64,000 nt of DNA. Origin: an uncultured Verrucomicrobiae bacterium. Lineage in GTDB: Bacteria; Verrucomicrobiota; Verrucomicrobiia; Opitutales; JABDGR01. The notes under the pieces were generated by a model. The model did not search any database and was not told the DNA's origin. It saw nothing but the letters and a program-made list of their open reading frames with translations. This document shows positions 28,322-37,399 of the stretch, piece after piece. Position 1 is the first letter of the stretch. Each line of letters begins with the position of its first letter. The translations under genes and the position numbers were made by a program. The DNA lies in the NCBI GenBank assembly GCA_963765205.1, contig CAVXVB010000009.1, positions 352,001-416,000 on the forward strand, read 5' to 3'.

Positions 28322-29419
28322 ATGAGCGTTCGCGCCAAACCCACCCTCATTGGACTCTTCGTCACCGGCGCCGCCATGCTGGCGGTGGCGGCCGTGGTGG
28401 TGTTTGGGGGCGGCAAGCTATTCAACCACCAGGAGAAATTCATCATTTACTTCACGGACTCGGTCAACGGCCTGTCCGTCGGCTCGGCGGTGAAATTCAA
28501 AGGCGTGCAAATTGGCCAAGTCTCCAGCATCCTGATTCATTATGACCAGGATGAAAACAATACCGACGCCATCCCGGTCATCATCTCGATTGACATCACC
28601 CATTTGCGCAAGGACCTTGGCGAGGACATGGATTTGAGCGACCCCGCGGTGTTTAACAAGGTGGTCACGGCCGGCTTGCGCGCGCGGCTGGAAATGCAGA
28701 GCTTCGTGACCAACCAGTTGTATATCGGGCTGGACGATGTGGATCCGCCACCGCCGTTCAAGCCCGTCAGTCTGTCGCACACCTACAAGGAAATCCCCTC
28801 AATCCCCTCGGGCCTGAGCGAGGCGATGCAGTCCGTCACCACGGCGCTGGCGAATTTGAGCAAGGTGGACTTCTCGGACATGGCCAATAAAATTGACCAC
28901 CTGGCAGACGAACTGACTCAGAGCGTGGATCAACTCAACCTCAAGGAAATCAACGACACGCTCATCACCGCCGGCAAAAACCTGAACGACATTCTCACCG
29001 ATCCAAAAATCAAGGAATCACTGGATAAACTTGGCACAACCCTCGACGACCTCGACCGCCTGACCACGAGCGTCAACCAACAGGTGCAGCCCCTTACCGA
29101 CGAAATTCAGACCACCGCGAAAAGTGCGCGCGACACGCTGGACCAAATCAATCAAACCCTTTCTTCGGTGCGCGAGGTCATCGCGCCCGACTCGGCGCTG
29201 CGCTCCGAATTGGACAAGACGCTGATCGAAATAACCAACGCCGCGCGCTCCTTGCGCATCCTCTCGGAATTTTTGGAGGCCAACCCGTCCGCCATCATTA
29301 CGGGCAAGGCGCCACCGACGGGTTGGGTGGTTCCGCCGCGCGTCACGCCGCAGTCTGCGGCCGCGCCCATGGCAACCCCTGCGCCCGCGCCTGTTCTCAC
29401 GGAGCCGCCCGGCAAATAA
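28322..29419 (+). CDS. MlaD/MCE-domain protein
   Basis: SVNGLSVGSAVKFKGVQIGQV, long helical tail, EANPSAIITGK. Confidence 0.92.
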   Translation: MSVRAKPTLIGLFVTGAAMLAVAAVVVFGGGKLFNHQEKFIIYFTDSVNGLSVGSAVKFKGVQIGQVSSILIHYDQDENNTDAIPVIISIDITHLRKDLGEDMDLSDPAVFNKVVTAGLRARLEMQSFVTNQLYIGLDDVDPPPPFKPVSLSHTYKEIPSIPSGLSEAMQSVTTALANLSKVDFSDMANKIDHLADELTQSVDQLNLKEINDTLITAGKNLNDILTDPKIKESLDKLGTTLDDLDRLTTSVNQQVQPLTDEIQTTAKSARDTLDQINQTLSSVREVIAPDSALRSELDKTLIEITNAARSLRILSEFLEANPSAIITGKAPPTGWVVPPRVTPQSAAAPMATPAPAPVLTEPPGK

Positions 29420-29444
29420 GGGCCTGCCGCATGCATAACTTCGA

Positions 29445-30086
29445 ATGTTTCCCTCCATGACTTTTCGCCCCCGCATCGCAGTTTTTGTCGTCGCCGGACT
29501 GTGGGCGGGCTGTTCGGTATTTTCGCCCAAGCCCGACCTGTCACGTTTCTACGTGCTCAATCCTCTTGCGGCCAAACCCGCCCCCGCGCCGCCGCCGGAC
29601 CCGACGCTCTCGCTGGAAGTCTTCAGCGCCGACGTACCCGATTATTTGGATCGTCCGCAAATGGTCATCCGCCTGCCGGGCAACCAAGCCGGGGTGGACG
29701 AATATCATCGCTGGCTGGAACCCCTTGGCACGGCCCTCGCACGCGTGCTCGCGCAGGATATCGCTCTATACTCCGACTCCTCCCATGTGGCGGCGTTCCC
29801 TGTGCCGCCGGGTTTTGCCCAGGAATTTGAAGTGGACGCGCAAGTCTTGCAGTTCGACGGCGCACCCGGCGGCGACGTGACGCTGCGCGCGCTCTGGCGC
29901 ATCTCCGGCCCCGGCGGCAAACCGAATTATTACACGCACGAATCAGTTTTTACGCGTCCCGCCGCCGCCACGACCGACCCCGCCACGGGTTACGTGGACG
30001 CCCTTAGCGCGCTCGCCGGGGACCTGGCCCGCGCCATCGTTCAGTCCCTGCCCGAAGCGCGCGCGGCGAAGGCCGCCCTGCAGTAA
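29445..30086 (+). CDS. PqiC-family auxiliary lipoprotein
   Basis: WAGC lipobox, PDYLDRPQMV, HRWLEPL. Confidence 0.88.
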   Translation: MFPSMTFRPRIAVFVVAGLWAGCSVFSPKPDLSRFYVLNPLAAKPAPAPPPDPTLSLEVFSADVPDYLDRPQMVIRLPGNQAGVDEYHRWLEPLGTALARVLAQDIALYSDSSHVAAFPVPPGFAQEFEVDAQVLQFDGAPGGDVTLRALWRISGPGGKPNYYTHESVFTRPAAATTDPATGYVDALSALAGDLARAIVQSLPEARAAKAALQ

Positions 30087-30128
30087 GCAGGGTGGAGGAT
30101 TTTAAAGGCTATGGAAACCGGAATCGGC

Positions 30129-30156
30129 TTGACAACTTTAACCTATATCCTAGGTT
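30129..30156 (+). promoter_or_regulatory. Promoter with palindromic operator for the CsoR-type repressor
   Basis: TTGACA followed by AACCTA-TATCC-TAGGTT. Confidence 0.6.
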
Positions 30157-30170
30157 GCAGGCACAAGCAC

Positions 30171-30440
30171 ATGAACCAGCACCTTCCCTCTAAAAAGGAG
30201 AAATCCCTCAAACTGGCCAAGCAGGCCCGCGGGACCCTCGACACGGTCATCGCCATGATTGAGGACAACGCCTACTGCCCGGAAATCATCCAGCAGACCG
30301 GCAGCGTCGTCGGTCTGCTCCAATCCGTCGAGCGCGAGCTGCTGGCCGGTCACCTGGACAGCTGTGTGGTGAAGCGTCTGCGCGAGGACAAGGCCGGGGC
30401 CATCCGGGAGCTGATGAAAATCTACCGTTTATCCAACTGA
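30171..30440 (+). CDS. csoR: CsoR/RcnR-family metal-sensing repressor
   Basis: YCPEIIQQ...HLDSC (C-H-C ligand set). Confidence 0.88.
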   Translation: MNQHLPSKKEKSLKLAKQARGTLDTVIAMIEDNAYCPEIIQQTGSVVGLLQSVERELLAGHLDSCVVKRLREDKAGAIRELMKIYRLSN

Positions 30441-30441
30441 C

Positions 30442-32706
30442 ATGACCACGGCCCACACCTTTCAAGTGCGCGGGATGAACTGCGCATCGTGCGCGAGCAC
30501 CGTTGAACGCGCCTTACGCCAGCGCGCGGGCGTCGGGGCGGTCGTGGTCAATTACAACAGCGGCACCGCAAAGGTTTCTTACGACGAAGCGCAAGTGGGG
30601 GCCGCCGAACTGGCCAGCGTAATTGAACCACTCGGTTACTCGCTGGTCATTCCCGCGGAGGGCACGACGCGGACGGCGGCCGATGCCGCCCGGCAGCAAG
30701 CCGCGCTGGAGACCAATGTGTTATGGTCTCGGATGCGCACCGCCGCGCCCATCGCCGCGACCGCCATCGCCATCATGAGTTGGCACTTGCTCGCGCAAGC
30801 CGGCTGGGTTTCGGGGATGACGGCCGGCTGGCATCTAATTCTGCAATGGCTGCTGGCCGTTTTGGCGGCCTATGTATTGTTTATCATAGGCGCGCCGTTT
30901 CTCAAAGCCCTCACGCGCTTTGCCCGCCACGGGGCGGCGAACATGGACACGCTCATCGGCCTCGGCACGGGCGCGGCGTTTCTTTACAGCCTGATCCTTT
31001 TGCTTTTTAAGGCGCAGTTACGGCCCTACTTGGAGGTCAACGACGACTATTTTGATGTTACCATCGTCGTGATCACCTTTGTGACCTTGGGCAAATATCT
31101 GGAGGCGCGTGCGCGGCTCCAGACCGGCGCCGCCTTAGAGAGCCTGCTCGGGCTTCAGGCCAAAAACGCGCTCGTGCTCCGCGACGGCATCGAAATCGAG
31201 TTGCCCGTCGAAAACGTCGTGGTGGGGGATTTATTGGTGGTCAAACCTGGCGCAAAAATCCCGGTGGACGGCCTGCTCGTCGAAGGCGCGTCGCATGTGG
31301 ACGAATCACTCGTCACTGGCGAATCAGCTCCGGTTAAAAAGGCCGCGGGAGATGCCGTCGTGGCGGGCACCCTCAACACCACGGGCGTCTTTACTTTCCG
31401 CGCCACCAAAGTCGGTGGCGAAACGTTGCTCGCGCACATTATCGAACTGGTTCTCGAGGCGCAGGCGAGCAAGGCGCCCATGCAATCGCTCGCGGACAAA
31501 ATCACCGCGGTTTTTGTGCCGGTGGCGCTGGGGGTGGCGGTCGTATCTTTGGTGGTGTGGCTGGTAATCGGCACGGGGCGTTTGGGTTTTGCGCACGCGC
31601 TGACGCTGGGTCTCTCGTCGTTTATGTGCGTACTGGTCATCGCCTGCCCGTGCGCGCTTGGCCTGGCGATGCCGGTGGCCGTGACGGTGGCCGTGGGGCG
31701 GGGGGCGCGCGCCGGCATTTTAATCAAGGATGCGGCCACGCTGCAAACGCTGGGCCGCGTCAACGTGGTGGTCGTGGACAAAACCGGCACGCTCACATGC
31801 GGCGCGGAGCTGATCGAGCTGCGCAATTTGGCGGGCGTGGGCTCGGACCAGACGCTCGCCCTGCTGGCCGCGCTCGAAAAAAAATCCGAACACCCCCTGG
31901 CGCACGCGCTGGTGGCCGCAGCCGAGCGAAAGAATCTTTCCTTGCCCGCTGTGACCGCGTTTGAGTCGCTCAAGGGTCGCGGCATTCAAGGCGTCATGGA
32001 CGGGGAGGAATATTTCGCCGGCAGCGAACGCTTGGCACACGAGCGTGGCTTTACGCTCGACGGACTGAAGCTCGACGAAGAAGCGCGGGCCGGCCGCACG
32101 CCGGTTCTATTCGGTTCCGCGCAGAAACTGCTGGCCGTGGCCTTGGTGGCGGACGCGCCCAAGGAGTCCGCTGCCACGGCCGTGGGCCAGTTGCGCGCGC
32201 TCGGCATTCGCGTTATCATGCTGACCGGTGACAACGAGGACACGGCGCAATATATCGCGCGCCAGGTCGGCATTGGCGAAGTCGTTGCCCGGGCGCTGCC
32301 GGCGGACAAACTGGAAAAAATCAAGGAATTGCAAGCGCGCGGGCTGGTCGTGGCCATGGCGGGGGATGGCGTCAACGACGCCCCCGCGCTGGCACAGGCT
32401 GACGTCGGCATCGCCATGGGCGACGGCGCGGATGCGGCTTTGGAAACGGCGGGCGTAACCTTGCTGCACGGCGACCTGGCCAAGCTGGCGCAAGCCCTCG
32501 AACTCGCGCGCCAAGCCATGCGGGTGATTCGGCAAAATTACTTTTGGGCCTTCGCATTTAATACAATCGGCATTCCACTGGCCACGGGCTTGTTTTATCC
32601 GCTTTTCGGCTGGACGCTCCCGCCCATGTTTGCAGGCGTGGCCATGGCCTTTTCCGACGTGGTGGTCGTCGGAAACGCGCTGCGCCTGAAAGTTAAACGG
32701 CTATAA
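30442..32706 (+). CDS. Heavy-metal P1B-type ATPase (CopA-like)
   Basis: GMNCASC, TGES, CPC, DKTGT, SEHP, GDGVNDAP; terminal helices read FN and MAFSD. Confidence 0.93.
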   Translation: MTTAHTFQVRGMNCASCASTVERALRQRAGVGAVVVNYNSGTAKVSYDEAQVGAAELASVIEPLGYSLVIPAEGTTRTAADAARQQAALETNVLWSRMRTAAPIAATAIAIMSWHLLAQAGWVSGMTAGWHLILQWLLAVLAAYVLFIIGAPFLKALTRFARHGAANMDTLIGLGTGAAFLYSLILLLFKAQLRPYLEVNDDYFDVTIVVITFVTLGKYLEARARLQTGAALESLLGLQAKNALVLRDGIEIELPVENVVVGDLLVVKPGAKIPVDGLLVEGASHVDESLVTGESAPVKKAAGDAVVAGTLNTTGVFTFRATKVGGETLLAHIIELVLEAQASKAPMQSLADKITAVFVPVALGVAVVSLVVWLVIGTGRLGFAHALTLGLSSFMCVLVIACPCALGLAMPVAVTVAVGRGARAGILIKDAATLQTLGRVNVVVVDKTGTLTCGAELIELRNLAGVGSDQTLALLAALEKKSEHPLAHALVAAAERKNLSLPAVTAFESLKGRGIQGVMDGEEYFAGSERLAHERGFTLDGLKLDEEARAGRTPVLFGSAQKLLAVALVADAPKESAATAVGQLRALGIRVIMLTGDNEDTAQYIARQVGIGEVVARALPADKLEKIKELQARGLVVAMAGDGVNDAPALAQADVGIAMGDGADAALETAGVTLLHGDLAKLAQALELARQAMRVIRQNYFWAFAFNTIGIPLATGLFYPLFGWTLPPMFAGVAMAFSDVVVVGNALRLKVKRL

Positions 32707-32817
32707 CAACCACGCACAAATGGGAGAATCATTCTGTGGCTTAATTGTTGGTGCAGTTCTCATGCCTGTCCAATCATTGAACAGTTCAACAATCCAGCAA
32801 TAAATCCGGCGGCCCGC

Positions 32818-35568
32818 TTATGGCACCAAATTGGGCACCGGTTTCGCCAGGCCCAAAAACACTTGGGGTAAATCCATCTCCAGGCCGTCCTGAATGGCCA
32901 CTTCGTGCGAGGGGATTTGCACCGTCGCGGGCGTGAGGCCGTCACGCGTGGCGGTCAGTGTGATGGTGCCCGGCGTAAGCGTCGAGCGAATGGCGACGCG
33001 GTTAATTCCGCACTCGGTGTCTAAATAGAGGTTATTAATCGAATTAAGCTCGTCGCTGCAGAAGCCGCCGCGCCAGATGGCGGGGCCATCACACTTGAAA
33101 TCCACGCGCCCCTGGTCGGTCGGGCAACGGTTGCCCTGCGCATCCACCACTTCAAAATCCACCAGCACCACGTCGGAACCGTCCGCCTGCAAGCCTTGTG
33201 GGCCGCTGTGCACGGTCAACTTGAGGGCGACCGGGAGCCCGGCCGTTTTGAGTTCCTCCTGCGCGACGACCTGGCCGCCCTTGGTCGCCACGGCCTTGAG
33301 CGTGCCTGGTTCGAACGCAACGTCGGGGAAGGCGTAAATATAACCCGTGTAGCCGATGCTGTTACCATTAAATGGATCCACCGGGTTGCAAGGCGTTTTT
33401 TGCACGCCCAAGGATTTGCCGTTGAGGAACAATTCGACCTGGTCGCACATCGTCGCCGCGACATACATGGTCTTCTTGGTGCCCGCCGGATAAGTCCAAT
33501 GCCCAAGAATATAAAGGTCGGGCTTCGCGTTTTGCATCACGCGCGTGACGTAGAACACCGTTTTGGGCAGGCGCACGCCGTCCACTTTGCCGCTGACGCG
33601 CAGCACTTCGTCGCCATCCTGGCGGCCATCGGCATCGGAGTCCGAAAAGTAAATCGAAGCATAGGCCGACCATTTCGAATGGAGGGGGTCGGGGTTGTCT
33701 ATGCGGTTTTCTGCATAGGCGGCATAACGGTTGGCGGCGGCGAGGGCGAAGGTCTCAGAGTTCCAATGGTAAGCGTCCTGGCCCGCAGCGGGGTCTCCCC
33801 GGCCGGCGAGGGCTTTGGGATGAAAGCCCATGGTCGGCGGCGAATAATCGTCCCAGATGCCGCGCGCCGCCTCGTCGCGGAAGTCCTCGGTTTCGATTAA
33901 GGGCGCTTTGTCGCGGCGCTCCACGCTGTAGCCGCGAAAAATTTGTCCCGGCTCGGTAATGGCGTCGGTTTGCCGGTCCTGGCCAATCATCACGCCGTAG
34001 AATTCGGACACGGGGGTAAGGGCGATATTGGCGGGTGCCGCATCATTGTCCCGCGTGCCCATGACGCGCATTCCGTTGGGATCCCATTGCTTGCGCAATG
34101 CCACCATTTGCACCATTTGATCGGGCGTGACGATGGTGTTGCCCGCCTCCCAGAAGAGGATGCTGGGGTTGTTGCGGAAGAAAATCATCGAGTCGCGCAT
34201 GACCTCGACGCGCTGGTCCCACTGGCGGCCGGTCACGTCCCTTTCCTTGTCGCCGGCGGGGCACACAATGGCGATGCCAAAGCGGTCGCACGCCTCCACG
34301 TCCGCCCGCTGCGGGGAGACGTGCATCCAGCGGATATAATTGCTGTTGCTGGCGCGCACCAGCGCCACGGTGAAGTCGTGCATCCAGTCGGGATACGCCC
34401 CGCCAAGGCCCGGCCAGTCATTGGCCGAGCGTTGCGAGAAGCCGGTCAGCCACACGAAATGGTCGTTAAGCCATACGCCGCCGGTGCCCGCGCCGCCTTT
34501 GTACTCAGCCTTGCGAAAGCCTGTCTGGGTCTTGCATACGTCCACGACCTTGCCGTCCACGCTCAGAATAGAGTAAACATTGTAGAGGTAGGGATCGCTG
34601 GTGTCCCACAAATGCGCGTTGGCCAGGGTGCCGGTGGCGGTAAAAACTTCGCTTTCGCCATCCACCAAATCGGAGGTGTTGCCGTCAAACTTGGCGCGCA
34701 CCATCCCGTCCGCGTCCACCACGACAGTGGAAAGCGTGATGTCGGCATGATCGCCGGATTCATCCCGCACTTGGGCCTCGACCGTCACATCCGTGGTTTT
34801 ATTTTTCACGTCTACATGCTGGGGGTAGATATAGATGCCCGTGGTCTGGAGGCCTTCGTAAAGCGGCAGAGTCTGGTAAACTTTGCCCATGACAATCAGC
34901 TTGGCGTCGCGATTGAGGCCGCCGAAATCGGGGTTGAAGTCCTTCGCATTCCACAAGTAAGGGGTGCCGGTGGCTTCCTCTTTGTAGCTTGTGCGATTGT
35001 CCACTTGGACGGCCAGCACGTTGTCTTGGCCGCCGAATTTGGCGAGTTTGGAGATGTCGAAGCCGACGGCCGTTACGCCGTTCTCATAGAGGCCCAGCGG
35101 CTGGCCGTTGAGGAAGAAGCGGCCCGCCTGCCTCATGCCGTCGAATTCGAGAATAACCTTCTGGCCCTCGGCGCTGGCGGGCAGCTTAAAGTGCTTGCGA
35201 TACCAGCCCACGCCCAACTTCTCACTCTGGTCGCCGCTCCCATGGCTGATATACCTACGGTAGCTGTCCGTCTCGTTCCAGGTGTGGGGCAGGCTGACGT
35301 TGGCCCAGGCCGAGTCATCGAAAGCTGGCTGGTCGGCGCCGGTGAGATCCACGCCCTGGTCGGCAAAAATGAATTTCCAGCCCGGGTTGAAATTATAGAC
35401 CGCGCGCGGCGAGGCCGGCACGACAAATTTTGCGCCCACCGCAATGCTATCAATGCTAAAGGGGGTCGCGGCCGAGGCGGCGCCGTGTCCGGTCAAAAGG
35501 GCCGCAAGCAATGCCAGGGGCAGGGTGAATCGGGGTTGGCGATAAGAACGATGCAGGGGCTTGCTCAT
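32818..35568 (-). CDS. Secreted glycoside hydrolase family 2 (with DUF4982-like domain)
   Basis: WANVSLPHTW, GWYRKHF, FGGLNR, LWD...PYLY, RNNPSI, GHW, ELFLNGKSLG. Confidence 0.9.
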   Translation of the reverse strand: MSKPLHRSYRQPRFTLPLALLAALLTGHGAASAATPFSIDSIAVGAKFVVPASPRAVYNFNPGWKFIFADQGVDLTGADQPAFDDSAWANVSLPHTWNETDSYRRYISHGSGDQSEKLGVGWYRKHFKLPASAEGQKVILEFDGMRQAGRFFLNGQPLGLYENGVTAVGFDISKLAKFGGQDNVLAVQVDNRTSYKEEATGTPYLWNAKDFNPDFGGLNRDAKLIVMGKVYQTLPLYEGLQTTGIYIYPQHVDVKNKTTDVTVEAQVRDESGDHADITLSTVVVDADGMVRAKFDGNTSDLVDGESEVFTATGTLANAHLWDTSDPYLYNVYSILSVDGKVVDVCKTQTGFRKAEYKGGAGTGGVWLNDHFVWLTGFSQRSANDWPGLGGAYPDWMHDFTVALVRASNSNYIRWMHVSPQRADVEACDRFGIAIVCPAGDKERDVTGRQWDQRVEVMRDSMIFFRNNPSILFWEAGNTIVTPDQMVQMVALRKQWDPNGMRVMGTRDNDAAPANIALTPVSEFYGVMIGQDRQTDAITEPGQIFRGYSVERRDKAPLIETEDFRDEAARGIWDDYSPPTMGFHPKALAGRGDPAAGQDAYHWNSETFALAAANRYAAYAENRIDNPDPLHSKWSAYASIYFSDSDADGRQDGDEVLRVSGKVDGVRLPKTVFYVTRVMQNAKPDLYILGHWTYPAGTKKTMYVAATMCDQVELFLNGKSLGVQKTPCNPVDPFNGNSIGYTGYIYAFPDVAFEPGTLKAVATKGGQVVAQEELKTAGLPVALKLTVHSGPQGLQADGSDVVLVDFEVVDAQGNRCPTDQGRVDFKCDGPAIWRGGFCSDELNSINNLYLDTECGINRVAIRSTLTPGTITLTATRDGLTPATVQIPSHEVAIQDGLEMDLPQVFLGLAKPVPNLVP

Positions 35569-35651
35569 GGGGGGAGGGGGTGGAATAGTTTGTGGTAAAA
35601 GGGGAAGTGGGTAAACGTAAACTCAAACCCTTAAATTAGGCAAACCGCGGC

Positions 35652-35696
35652 TTGCGCACAAGAGTTTAGTTGCGTAAATTAAGGCATATTTGCGCA
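35652..35696. promoter_or_regulatory. Three TTGCG(C/T)A direct repeats between GH2 and the regulator
   Basis: At 35652, 35670 and 35690; 18-20-bp spacing, as for AraC/XylR-type sites. Confidence 0.45.
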
Positions 35697-35698
35697 TT

Positions 35699-36886
35699 AT
35701 GCTATCGGATGATCAACAAGCCTTGGTTTCCCCTGCCCCCGCCACCCGGCGTGTCGCCTTGGCCTTTCCCTATGGCCGGGCGTTTGTCGAGCAAGTCGTC
35801 GAGGGTATCCTCACCTATGCCCGCCGCCAGGCCGACTGGCAGATTTTACGCTTTCCGGAGCGTCTCAGCCCATCCCTGGACTGGCTGCAGGGCTGGCGGG
35901 GCGATGGCGCCTTCGTCATACTTTCGACGCCGGAAGACGCCCGCATCGCCCGCGCCCTGCCGTTTCCGGTGGTCAATATCACAGCCTATTTTCCAAAGCC
36001 CGGGGTGACGACCATTACGGCCGACCACCGCGAAATCGGCCGCCTGGCCGCCCGGCATTTGATCGAGCGCCGGTTCCGGAAATTCGGCTATTATGGTTCT
36101 GGAGATTTGTTTTTCAGCCAATTGCGCCGGGATGGCTTTGTCAACGCCATCCGGCAGCAGGGCGGCACCTGCGCCGTCCTGGAGGTGCCGTCCATTGTAG
36201 CCAGCGGGCAAATGTGGATGCAGCAGCAACGGGAATTGGAGGAATGGCTTCACTCCCTGCAACCCCCGGTCGCCATCATGGCCAGCACCGATTTGCGCGC
36301 CGATATGCTGCTTGAAACCTGTCGCCGCCTTAGCTTGCGCATTCCCGACCAGGTGGCCGTCATTGGGGTGGACAACGACCCGGTCATCGTGGACCATGCG
36401 CAGCCTCCGCTTAGCAGCGTGGCGCGCAATGACCAGCAGGCGGGGGAACTGGCGGCGTCGTTACTGGATGAATTCATGTCGGGCCGGCGCGACCGGCGCC
36501 AATTGCTCTTTGTGCCGCCGACGGGGGTGGTCGCCCGCCAGTCCACGGAAACCATGGCGGTGGAAGATCCCGAACTGGCCGGACTTATCCAATACATTCG
36601 CCAACACATCGCCGAAAACTTCGGCGTCGAACGGTTGCCACCGCTCTTGCAATGTTCCCGGCGCACGCTGGAGAACCGCTTTCGCGTCCATCTGGGCGCG
36701 CCGCCCTCGACTATCATCCATCGTTTGCGCGTGGATCAGGCCCGGCGGTTGCTCGAAGCCCGGCCCAAGCAATCCCTCGCCGCCATCGCCGCAGGCTGCG
36801 GCTTCAGCAACGTGCGGCATTTCCGCCTGGTCTTTCGCCGCTTCCAAAAGCAGTCTCCCGCGGAATATCGCCGGAGTTTGAACTGA
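35699..36886 (+). CDS. XylR-type regulator (periplasmic-binding-like domain + AraC HTH)
   Basis: IPDQVAVIGVDND, PPLSSV, SRRTLENRF, IAAGCGF, SPAEYR. Confidence 0.93.
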   Translation: MLSDDQQALVSPAPATRRVALAFPYGRAFVEQVVEGILTYARRQADWQILRFPERLSPSLDWLQGWRGDGAFVILSTPEDARIARALPFPVVNITAYFPKPGVTTITADHREIGRLAARHLIERRFRKFGYYGSGDLFFSQLRRDGFVNAIRQQGGTCAVLEVPSIVASGQMWMQQQRELEEWLHSLQPPVAIMASTDLRADMLLETCRRLSLRIPDQVAVIGVDNDPVIVDHAQPPLSSVARNDQQAGELAASLLDEFMSGRRDRRQLLFVPPTGVVARQSTETMAVEDPELAGLIQYIRQHIAENFGVERLPPLLQCSRRTLENRFRVHLGAPPSTIIHRLRVDQARRLLEARPKQSLAAIAAGCGFSNVRHFRLVFRRFQKQSPAEYRRSLN

Positions 36887-36908
36887 GACCGAGAAAAAAT
36901 TGCTCTAC

Positions 36909-37178
36909 TTACCTGCCGGGCGCGTAGGATTCGAGATGGCCGCATTGGGTGCAGCGGTAGGTGCGGACGGTGTAGGTGCGGCCGGCCACATGAATGCCTA
37001 AAAACCCGTTTGCCGGGGGGCCGGCAGCCCATTTGGGATCCACAATTCCGCCATAAGTATTGTCCGGCACAAAACCAAGTTCCATCGCACCGCGGCATTT
37101 GGCGCACACGGGCGGAGCCATTTCCGGCTTGGGCGGTGGGGAGGGCTGCAGCGGTCGCGAAGGGTCTCCCAGAATCAT
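36909..37178 (-). CDS. Small zinc-ribbon protein
   Basis: CAKCRGAMELGF...YRCTQCGHLESYA. Confidence 0.75.
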   Translation of the reverse strand: MILGDPSRPLQPSPPPKPEMAPPVCAKCRGAMELGFVPDNTYGGIVDPKWAAGPPANGFLGIHVAGRTYTVRTYRCTQCGHLESYAPGR

Positions 37179-37399
37179 GGCGTGATTCGACGCCGGGGGT
37201 GGGCTGGTGTCAAGCAGACAGCGAACTTCATCGGTCCAAGGAAGGACGATCTTTTACTGTCTGCGGTCAAGAATAACACAAAAGCTGATCACTCTTAATC
37301 AAGGTTTTCATGATTGCCGCATACAAAATAATCTGGCATGATTATTGGAGTCGTATTCCCAGACGGCGGCGAACCCGACTGAGTCGCAGGAGCCGACCC

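Noticed and set aside
33943..35598. 551-aa plus-strand ORF
   Set aside because: Antisense shadow of the GH2 gene in high-GC DNA
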